Source: Balanoglossus misakiensis (lineage: Eukaryota > Animalia > Hemichordata). From it: a DNA stretch of 64,000 nt. This document shows positions 27,306 through 37,584 of this stretch, piece after piece. Positions within the stretch are counted from its first letter, which is position 1, and each line of letters opens with the position of its first letter. The stretch lies in NCBI GenBank assembly GCA_040954595.2, contig CM082579.2, positions 6,313,625 through 6,377,624 on the forward strand, given 5' to 3'. The notes below the pieces were generated by a model that saw only the letters and a list, made by a program, of their open reading frames with translations, had not been told where the DNA came from and ran no database searches. Made by a program: the position numbers and the translations under genes.

Positions 27306-29039
27306 AAATATAGCTGTGAACAGCAATAAGCGGGTTTCGAGACACTACTAGCCCTATTGGTTCGCTATCGGAGATAGATTTGTGCATATTTAATTACTGC
27401 ATTAGTTGTTCTATCACTCCAAATGCCAAGGGTGTATGTGCTGTGGATGCTGAGATGTCGAAAAGTAGGTCAAAGGTCACGTGAGGTCACCCTTAATATA
27501 AGCAGAAAATTGTTACGCTATACTGGTCCATGTCCAACAAAAACCAGACCTGTAGCCCTACTGGTTTGCCTGGAATTAGGTATGCACATAATTAATGAGT
27601 TAGGCAGGTGTCACAGGTGACTCTAAAATTTGGCTTCTTATTTTGGTCCCGTCTGTCCAAACACCTAAGCTGTACCTGCTCTGGATTCCGAGATATGTGA
27701 AAGTAGGTCAAAGGTCACCAAAGGACATCCAAAGTTTGGGAAAAAAATTTGTCCCCATACTGGTCCATGTCCGACAAAAACCAGACCTGTAGCCCTATTG
27801 GTTTGCCTGGAATTAGGTATGCACATAGTTAATGACTTAAGCAGGTGTCACAGGTGAGCCTTACATTTGGCTTCTTATTTTGGTCCCATCCACCCAAAAC
27901 ACCTAAGCTGTACCTGCTCTGGATGCTGATGTATGCGAAAGTAGGTCAAAGGTCACCCAAGGTCACCCAAAATTTGGGGGGAAAATTTGACCCCATACTG
28001 GTCCATGTCCGACAAAAACCAGACCTGTAGCCCTATTGGATTGCCTGGAATTAGGTATGCACATAGTTAATGAGTTGAGCAGGTGTCACAGGTGAGCCTT
28101 AAATTTGGCTTCTTATTTTGGTCCCATCCACCCAAACACCTGAGCTGTACCTGCTCTGGATGCTGAGATATGCGAAAGTAGGTCAAAGGTCACCCAAGGT
28201 CACCCAAAATTTGGGGGAAAAATTTGACCCCATACTGGTCCATGTCCGACAAAAACCAGACCTGTAGCCCTATTTGTTTGCCTGGAATTAGGTATGCACA
28301 TAATTAATGAGTTGAGCAGGTGTCACAGGTGAGCCTTAAATTTGGCTTCTTATTTTGGTCCTATGCTGCAGACTATTGCACCGACCAGAATTCTACAAAA
28401 CTATGTGGCCATAGCTTAAGTATAGTGGAATAAGTATAGGTATAGATTTCATAAAAAAATTAATATAAAAAAATCGGTCGATTTTCCATATTATTTTTTC
28501 CAGTTGGAAATGATTGTCGGAAGGTAGGCTAGCTGCACACAAAATTTGAAGCTGATCAGCCCAGCGGATGTTGAGATATTGGGCATAAATCTAAAATCCT
28601 AGGGGGCCATTGCTTAACCATGGAAAGTATAGGCCAATGGCTGGGTCCAATGGTCATGGAAAATATGAAAAATAATGCTTTAAAAATCATCTCCTCAAAA
28701 TCGGCAAGGACTTAGACATTGAAATTTGGCATATAGGACCCTGGCCATATGGTCCACAAAGTTTCTGAACAGAATTTGGATTCTTCATTTTTTATGCAAA
28801 TTAGACCAATTTAAAAGTTTAAATCCAAGATGGCTGCCAGGTCATGTGACCTGTTGCCATAGTGACATGATCAGAAAATTACTTGCTTTGAGTTTTACCT
28901 ATGAGCCAAATTTCAAGTCATTGGGTGCAACGGTCTTCGAATAGCGGCTGTTTTTAAAAGTGGGAAGAAGAATAATAATAATAATAAAAAACAACACGAT
29001 TTCAAGAGGGTTTCGAGACCCCTCTGGTCTCGAAACCCT
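27306..29039 (-). mobile_element. HINE copy A2, complete
   Basis: Same start as A1 and four cores; ends in palindrome AGGGTTTCGAGACC-cctct-GGTCTCGAAACCCT (29007-29039). Confidence 0.85.
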
Positions 29040-30459
29040 AAATATAGCTGCAAGCAGCAATAGCGGGCCCAAGCCAACATAGCACATAGCAACATAGCAA
29101 TAAGCATATCTGCACTTGATGCCAAGATATGGTAAAGTAGGTCAAAGGTCAACTGAGGTCATGTTATATTTAGGCAAGACATTTTTACCCTATACTGGTC
29201 CATGTTCAACAAAAACCAAACCTATAGCCCTATTGGTTAGCCTGGAATTAGGTATGCACATAATTAATGAGGTAGGCAGGTGTCACAGGTGAGCCCCAAT
29301 TTTGGCTTTTCAATTTTAGTCCAACCCTCCAAACCCCAAGTCTGTACCTGCTCTGGTATGCCAAGATCTGGTAAAGTAGGTCAAAGGTCACCTGAGGTCA
29401 TGCTAAATTTGGGCAAGAAATTTTGACCCTATACTGGTCCATGTTCAACAAAAACCAAACCTATAGCCCTATTGGTTAGCCTGGAATTAGGTATGCACAT
29501 AATTAATAAGGTAGGCAGGTGTCACAGGTGACCCCCAATTTTGGCTTTTCAATTTTAGTCCCAACCCTCCAAACACCAAGTCTGTACTTGCTCTGGATGC
29601 CAAGATCTGGTAAAATAGGTCAAAGGTCACCTGAGGTCATGCAAAATTTTGGCAAGAAATGTTGACCCTATACTGGTCTATATCCAACAAGAACGAAACC
29701 TCTAGCCCTCTTAGTTAGCCCAGAATTAGGTATGCACATAATTAATGAGTTAAGCAGGTGTTACAGGTGAGCCCAAAATTTTGCCTGTTATTTTGGTCCC
29801 ATTGTGCTCACTGCCCAATACACAGTCACTGTACAGGACCGTTGCACAGACCAGAATTCCACACTAAGACGTGTAGTGTTCATAGCTTAACTATAGAGGT
29901 ATAAGTAAAAAGGTATAAATTTAATTTAAAAAATTAATATAAAAAAATCGGTCGATTTTTCATATTATTTTTTTTCGCTTAAAATGATTGACAAATGCTA
30001 GGCTAGCTGCACACCAAAGTTTGAGATGATCAGCCTAACAGATTTTGAGATATGTATGCATATTTATCCAAAATAATATGTGGTCAGAGCTTTACTATGT
30101 AAAGTATAGGCCGATGGCTTGGGCGAAAAATATGGAAAATAATACTTAAAAATCTTCTCCTCAAAATTGACATGGCCTATGGCCTTGACATTTGGCATGT
30201 AGAACCCTGGCCATATTGTCCACAAAGTATCTGAACAGAATTTTGATATCTCAATTCATATGCAAATTAGGGCGATTTGAAAATTTTGCCCATATATGGT
30301 CATCAGGTCACGTGACTAATTAAACATTCACGAGGGTACTGCACCAGCTCTCATTGGCCTGCACCATTGTGCTAAGTTTGAAATTGGTAGGTTCAGCCGT
30401 TCTCCAGATCTAGCTGGACAAAAAAACGACACAAGAAGAAGAAGAAGAAGAAGTAGAAG
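29040..30459 (-). mobile_element. HINE copy B1, interrupted in its (GAA)n tract by B2
   Basis: Starts AAATATAGCTGCAAGCAGCAATAGCGGGCCCAAGCC; three cores; no palindrome before the next copy begins. Confidence 0.8.
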
Positions 30460-31689
30460 AATATAGCTGCAAGCAGCAATAGCGGGCCCAAGCCAACATA
30501 GCACATAGCAACATAGCAATAAGCATATCTGCACTTGATGCCAAGATATAGTAAAGTAGGTCAAAGGTCAACTGAGGTCATGTTATATTTAGGCAAGACA
30601 TTTTTACCCTATACTGGTCCATGTTCAACAAAAACCAAACCTATAGCCCTATTGGTTAGCCTGGAATTAGGTATGCACATAATTAATAAGGTAGGCAGGT
30701 GTCACAGGTGACCCCCAATTTTGGCTTTTCAATTTTAGTCCCAACCCTCCAAACACCAAGTCTGTACTTGCTCTGGATGCCAAGATCTGGTAGAGTAGGT
30801 CAAAGGTCACCTGAGGTCATGCAAAATTTTGGCAAGAAATGTTGACCCTATACTGGTCCATATCCAACAAGAACGAAACCTCTAGCCCTCTTAGTTAGCC
30901 CAGAATTAGGTATGCACATAATTAATGAGTTAAGCAGGTGTTACAGGTAAGCCCAAAATTTTGCCTGTTATTTTGGTCCCATTGTGCTCACTGCCCAATA
31001 CACAGTCACTGTACAGGACCATTGCACAGACCAGAATTCCACACTAAGACGTGTAGTATTCATAGCTTAACTATAGAGGTATAAGTAAAAAGGTATAAAT
31101 TTAATTTAAAAAATTAATATAAAAAAATCGGTCGATTTTTCATATTATTTTTTTTCGCTTAAAATGATTGACAAATGCTAGGCTAGCTGCACACCAAAGT
31201 TTGAGATGATCAGCCAAACAGATTTTGAGATATGTATGCATATTTATCCAAAATAATATGTGGTCATAGCTTTACTATGTAAAGTATAGGCCGATGGCTT
31301 GGGCGAAAAATATGGAAAATAATACTTAAAAATCTTCTCCTCAAAATTGACATGGCCTATGGCCTTGACATTTGGCATGTAGAACCCTAGCCATATTGTC
31401 CACAAAGTATCTGAACAGAATTTTGATATCTCAATTCATATGCAAATTAGGGCGATTTGAAAATTTTGCCCATATATGGTCATCAGGTCACGTGACTAAT
31501 TAAACATTCACGAGGGTACTGCACCAGCTCTCATTGGCCTGCACCATTGTGCTAAGTTTGAAATTGGTAGGTTCAGCCGTTCTCCAGATCTAGCTGGACA
31601 AAAAAACGACACAAGAAGAAGAAGAAGAAGAAGTAGAAGAAAAATCCCAGTAATACCAATAGGGCCCAAGCCTGCTGGGCTTGGGCCCT
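30460..31689 (-). mobile_element. HINE copy B2, complete
   Basis: Near-identical to B1 but with two cores; ends in TAGGGCCCAAGCC-tgctg-GGCTTGGGCCCTA (31660-31690). Confidence 0.85.
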
Positions 31690-33390
31690 AAATATAGCTG
31701 CAAGCAGCAATGGCGGGCCCAAGCCAACATAGCACATAGCAACATAGCAATCAGCATATCTGCTCTGGATGCCAAGATATGGAAAAGTAGGTCAAAGGTC
31801 ACCTGAGGTCATGCAAAATTTGGGCGAGAAATTTTGACCCTATACTGGTCCATGTTCATCAAAAACCAAACCTATAGCCCTATTGGTTAGCCTGGAATTA
31901 GGTATGCACATAATTAATGAGGTAGGCAGGTGTCACAGGTGACCCCCCAATTTGGCTTTTTAATTTTAGTCCCAACCATCTAAACGCCAATTCTGTATCT
32001 GCTCTGGATGCCAAGATATGGTAAAGTAGGTCAAAGGTCACCTGAGGTCATGCAAAATTTGGGCAATAAATTTTGACCCTATACTGGTCCACGTTCAACA
32101 AAAACCAAACCTATAGCCCTATTGGTTAGCCTGGAATTAGGTATGCACATAATTAATGATGTAGGCAGGTGTCACAGGTGACCCCCAATTTTGCCTCTTC
32201 AATTTTAGTCCCAACGCTCCAAACGCCAAGTCTGTACCTGCTCTGGATGCCAAGATCTGGTTAAGTAGGTCAAAGGTCACCTGAGGTCATACAAAATTTG
32301 GGCAAGACATTTTGACCCTAAACAGGTCCATGTTCAACAAAAACCAAACCTATTGCCCTATTGGTTAGCCTTGAATTAGGTATGCACATAATTAATGAGA
32401 TATGCAGGTGTCACAGGTGACCCCCTTTTTGGCTTTTCAACTTTAGTCCCAACCCTCCAAACGCCAAGTATGTACCTGCTCTGGATGCCGAGATATAGGA
32501 AAGTAGGTCAAAGGTCACCTGGGGTCACCCAAAATTTGGGCAAGAAATGTTGACCCTATACTGGCCCATGTCCCACAAGAACGAAACCTCTAGCCCTCTT
32601 AGTTAGCCCAGAATTAGGTATGCACATAATTAATGAGTTAAGCAGGTGTTACAGGTGAGCCTAAAATCGTGCCTTTTATTTTGGTGCTATTGTGCTCACT
32701 GACCAATAGACAGTCACTTTACAGGACTATTGCACAGACCAGAATTCCACAATAAGACATGGACATAGCTAAACCATAGAGGTATAAGTAAATGTATAAA
32801 TTTAATAAAAAAATTAATATAAAAAAATCGGTCGATTTTTCATATTATTTTTTTTCGCTTAAAATTATTGACAAATGCTAGACTAGCTGCACACCAAAGT
32901 TGGAGATGATCGGCCTAACAGATTTTGAGATATGTATGCATATTTATCCAAAATAATATGTGGTCATAGCTTTACTATGTAAAGTATAGGCCGATGGCTT
33001 GGGCGAAAAATATGGAAAATAATACTTAAAAATCTTCTCCTCAAAATTGACATGGCCTATGGCCTTGACATTTGGCATGTAGAACCCTGGCCATATGGTC
33101 CACAAAGTATCTGAACAGAATTTTGATATCTCAATTCATATGCAAATTAGGGCGATTTGAAAATTTTGCCCATATATGGTCATCAGGTCACGTGACTAAT
33201 TAAACATTCACGAGGGTACTGCACCAGCTCTCATTGGCCTGCACCATTGTACTAAGTTTGAAATTGGTAGGTTCAGCCGTTCTCCAGATCTAGCTGGACA
33301 AAAAAACGACACAAGAAGAAGAAGAAGAAGAAGTAGAAGAAAAAAGCCAGTAATACCAATAGGGCCCAAGCCTGCTGGGCTTGGGCCCTA
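31690..33390 (-). mobile_element. HINE copy B3, complete
   Basis: B-type start, four cores, (GAA)n tract, palindrome at 33360-33390. Confidence 0.85.
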
Positions 33391-33492
33391 AAAAAAGCCA
33401 GTAATACCAATAGGGCCCAAGCCTGCTGGGCTTGGGCCCTAAAAAAAGCCAGTAATACCAATAGGGCCCAAGCCTGCTGGGCTTGGGCCCTA
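33340..33492. repeat. Three identical tandem 51-bp HINE B termini, each with a palindrome
   Basis: AAAAAAGCCAGTAATACCAATAGGGCCCAAGCCTGCTGGGCTTGGGCCCTA three times; palindromes at 33360-33390, 33411-33441 and 33462-33492. Confidence 0.95.
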
Positions 33493-34901
33493 AATATAGC
33501 TGCAAGCAGCAATAGCGGGCCCAAGCCAACATATCACATAGCACATAGCAACATAGCAATAAGCATATCTGCTCTGGATGCCAAGATATGGTAAAGTAGG
33601 TCAAAGGTCACCTGAGGTCATGCAAAATTTGGGCAAGAAATTTTGACCCTATACTGGTCCATGTTCATCAAAAACCAAACCTATAGCCCTATTGGTTAGC
33701 CTGGAATTAGGTATGCACATAATTAATGAGGTAGGCAGGTGTCACAGGTGATCCCCAATTTTGGCTTTTCAATTTTAGTCCCAACCCTCAAAACGCCAAG
33801 TCTGTACCTGCTCTGGATGCCAAGATCTGGTAAAGTAGGTCAAAGGTCACCTAAGGTCAAGCAAAATTTGGGCAAGAAATTTTGAACCTATACTGGTCCA
33901 TGTTCAACAAAAACCAAACCTATAGCCCTATTGGTTAGCCTGGAATTAGGTATGCACATAATTAATGAGATATGCAGGTGTCACAGGTGACCCCCATTTT
34001 GGCTTTTCAACTTTAGTCCCAACCCTCCAAACGCCAAGTCTGTACCTGCTGTGGATGCCGAGATATAGGAAAGTAGGTCAAAGGTCACCTGAGGTCACCC
34101 AAAATTTGGGCAAGAAATTTTGACCCTATACTGGTCCATGTCCCACAAGAACGAAACCTCTAGCCCTCTTAGTTAGCCCAGAATTAGGTGTGCACATAAT
34201 TAATGAGTTAAGCAGGTGTTACAGGTGAGCCTAAACTTGTGCCTTTTATTTTGGTGCTATTGTGCTCACTGACCAATAGACAGTCACTGTACAGGACTAT
34301 TGCACAGACCTGAATTCCACAATAAGACATAGACATAGCTTAACCATAGAGGTATAATTAAAGGTATAAATTTAATAAAAAAATTAATATAAAAAAATCG
34401 GTCGTTTTTTCATATTATTTTTTTTCGCTTAAAATTATTGACAAATGCTAGGCTAGCTGCACACCAAAGTTGGAGATGATCGGCCTAACAGATTTTGAGA
34501 TATGTATGCATATTTATCCAAAATAATATGTGGTCATAGCTTTACTATGTAAAGTATAGGCCGATGGCTTGGGCGAAAAAATATGAAAAATAATACTTAA
34601 AAATCTTCTTCTCAAAATTGACATGGCCTATGGCCTTGACATTTGGCATGTAGAACCCTGGCTATGTGGTCCACAAAGCATCTGAACAGAATTTTGATAT
34701 CTCCATTCATATGCAAATTAGGCCGATTTGAAAATTTTGCCCATATATGGTCATCAGGTCACATGACTTATTAAACATTCACAAGGGTACTGCACCAGCT
34801 CTCATTGGCCTGCACCATTGTGCTAAGTTTGAAATTGGTTGGTTCAGCCGTTCTCCAGATCTACTTGACAAAAAAAACGGCACAAGAAGAAAAAGAAGAA
34901 G
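33492..34901 (-). mobile_element. HINE copy B4, interrupted by copy C; terminus displaced to 36150-36199
   Basis: B-type start and three cores; (GAA)n tract broken at 34901/34902. A B-type palindrome reappears at 36169-36199 directly after copy C. Confidence 0.8.
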
Positions 34902-36149
34902 AATTAAAGCTGCGAGCAGCATTGTCGGGCCCAAGCGCTGATCTTGAATTATATATGCACAGTATGAATGAGAAGAAACAGAATTTTCTATCGGATGTAT
35001 TATCTCATGACATAACAAGGATGTGTGTATTTTTGCTGCTGAAATAGTGTGAAGTAGGTCAAAGGTCACCTGAGGTCACCCAACAATTGGGCAATTTTTT
35101 TGACCCATACTGGTCCATGTCCAACAAAAACCAAAACTCTAGCTCTATTGGTTCGCCTGTAATTAGGTATGTGCATATTAAATGAGGTCAGCAGAGGTCA
35201 AAGGGGTCATGAAAAGTAGCAAAATATCTTGATCACACACTAATCCACATGCATCAAAAACCAAACGTTTAGCCCTATAGGTTAGCCTGGAATTAGATAT
35301 GCTGAAATAATAACGTGTGATAAGTAGGTCAAAGGTCATGTGAAAAATCGCCAAAAAATTGTAACATATTTTAGTCACATGACGATTGATATCCATCAAA
35401 AGAAATTGTATGTTATCAATTTTTAGACTAGAAAAAGGAATTTCAATTTTTCACTGTTTTTTACAAAATCCAATATGGCCGCCATAATCTTCGACCAATC
35501 ACAATGCTCTTTGCAAACTTGATAGACATCAGTGTAGTGACCATACTCCCCGAATCTTGCGACTCAGTCATCGCCCGTTCTGGAGAAGAAGATTTTTGGA
35601 GTTTAACTATGGTTTTTCGAAAATCCAATATGGCCGCCATAATCTCCGACCAATCACAATGATCTTCGCAAACTTGATAGACATCAGTTAGGTGACCACA
35701 TACCCCAAACCCAGTGTCTCGGTTATCACCGGTTCTGGAGAAGAAGATTTTTGAAATTTAAGCCAGATTTCAGAAAAAAAATTGTAGCAAAAAAACTGCA
35801 ACATTGACAGCAAAATTTCCAATTACAAAAATGATGGGTAGAAGGTAGTCCACCTGCATGCCAAATTTGAAGTCGATCTGACTTGTAGTTTCTGAGATCT
35901 GAGATTTGATTTTTTTCAGAAAATCCAATATGGCCGCCAGGTCACGTGACTAATTAAGTATTCACAAGTCACTGCACATCTACTCATTGACCTTGACCAC
36001 TGTAGCAAGTTTGAGCAGTGTACCTGCAGTAGTTTCTGAGATTTAGTTGGCCGAAGAATTGACACAAGAATAAAGAAAGAAAGAAAGAAAGAAAGAAAAA
36101 TTCCAACGAAACCAATAGGGCCCAAGCGCTTGCGCGCGCTTGGGCCCTA
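34902..36149 (-). mobile_element. HINE copy C, complete (third family)
   Basis: Starts AATTAAAGCTGCGAGCAGC with subTIR GGGCCCAAGCGC at 34927-34938. Diverged cores, two ~155-bp internal repeats (35465, 35620), (GAAA)n tract, palindrome TAGGGCCCAAGCGC-ttgcgc-GCGCTTGGGCCCTA at 36116-36149. Confidence 0.85.
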
Positions 36150-36235
36150 AAAACTCCAGTAAAAACAATAGGGCCCAAGCCTGCTGGGCTTGGGCCCTAA
36201 TAATAAAAAACAACACGATTTCAAGAGGGAATAAC

Positions 36236-36387
36236 AGAAAGAGAGAGATAGAGAGAGGAGAGAATGAGAGGGGAGAGAGACAGGGCGGACATACATACAG
36301 ACAGGCACTCAGACACACACACGTAGACGGACTGACAGACAGACGAACGGACGGAAAGGTAGACAGGCAGGCAGGCAGGCAAACACA

Positions 36388-36430
<43 letters not shown>

Positions 36431-36454
36431 GAACGGACGGACGGACAGGCAGAC
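36236..36454. repeat. Compound (GA)/(GACA)/(GACG)/(GGCA) microsatellite
   Basis: gagagaga..., gacagacag..., gacggacgg... read directly; explains ORFs 36043-36502. Confidence 0.9.
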
Positions 36455-37558
36455 ATTTTGGGTCATTCGGTTAGAAATAATAACAGTTCAAACTCAGCAT
36501 GATGAGTGTCTCCCGCCTGCTATACCCCGGCATTTATTTCATTAGATACGAGGTACATAAATGCACTTTGCGAGCTTCATTTGATTGAAACGAGAAATCC
36601 ACGAGTTTAGTCCGCTGTGGTCATGTTACGACGAGCTACTCAATTTAGTCGGGAGGTATGTTTATCAGAAAAGAAGTTTTAATCTGGGTGAAAATATGTC
36701 AATGGCACTCACGGGCAAATGCGTTTGTCCTTAAAAGAAAACGAGTCACCAAAAATAAAATCATGAAAAGTCGAAAGGGGGAAACTCGACATACAATAAA
36801 AACTGATGTGCTGTGATGGTGATGTCGAGGTTTAGCAGGAAAAGGCGCGGTAACCGTGAACTGACACATACAGTATATACTCAGAGGTAAATTACGGCCT
36901 CAGTGTTATGTCATCGGCGCCTCGGCTATCAGCTATGCAGAATTTTTCAGTCAGTAAAACAGCATAAATTGTTTTTATCAAGTACCATAAATCAAATAAA
37001 CGTCAAGAAATGGCGTCATTATCCCCGTAATATCGCAAGACAGTCTGACGTTCCCGGTGTGCCATGAATAAAAGACTCAACTTTTATATTGACAGGGGAA
37101 TCGGAGATTAGCCCCCGGTCACCGAAAGTCAATTATGCGTCAAACCAGGGCGAGCGTCAGCGGAGTTGTTCAAAATGGGACCCGCTGCAAAATGACGAGA
37201 CATTGCGTCTTTTCACGGGGACACATCACAACAGACAGTCCCTGGTCAGACTTTACTTGTTCACCGCCGGAAGACATCGCTATTAACGACTTTTGGGGGA
37301 ATACATTAAAGGATCTTTATATCTTTATCTCTCATGAACATCGTTCTTGGACAGCAGTGACACGCGGAATCGGCTCTGGGTTACTTGTTAACAGCGCAGC
37401 ATTTCAGCCGACGGAAACATTTTCCCAGACATTTCCTATTAAACAAAACAGTGGATAATTTAAACGGTCACAACATGTTCCTTCATAACACAGTCAGTGC
37501 CCATGTACATGCCGTGCCACAATTGGACAAAATGAATCATTATGAATAGAAAATAGAA

Positions 37559-37584
37559 TGACTATTTCCCTAGGGAAATAGTCA
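37559..37584. other. Perfect 26-bp palindrome
   Basis: TGACTATTTCCCT|AGGGAAATAGTCA with no spacer and no mismatch. Confidence 0.95.

Larger units (their letters stand above)
25430..36229 (-). mobile_element. Nested cluster of seven non-autonomous Helentron/HINE (DINE-1-like) elements, three families (A, B, C)
   Basis: On the plus strand each copy reads: AAATATAGCTG-type end with a small stem-loop, a 10-12-bp subterminal repeat, ~238-bp tandem cores, a unique segment, an AAT/GAA microsatellite, then a 13-14-bp-arm palindrome containing the inverted subterminal repeat. Junctions lie in A-runs (T|T on minus) with no TSD. This is the established Helentron/HINE architecture read in reverse. Confidence 0.85.

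Noticed and set aside
33340-33492. CRISPR-like palindromic direct repeats
   Set aside because: Units are identical end to end with no unique spacers, there are no cas genes, the context is eukaryotic, and they are HINE termini.
25430-36502. ORFs in the repeat nest (e.g. 33273-33524, 33290-33604, 36043-36456)
   Set aside because: Short, low-complexity translations of repeats and microsatellites; no Rep/helicase or other domain.
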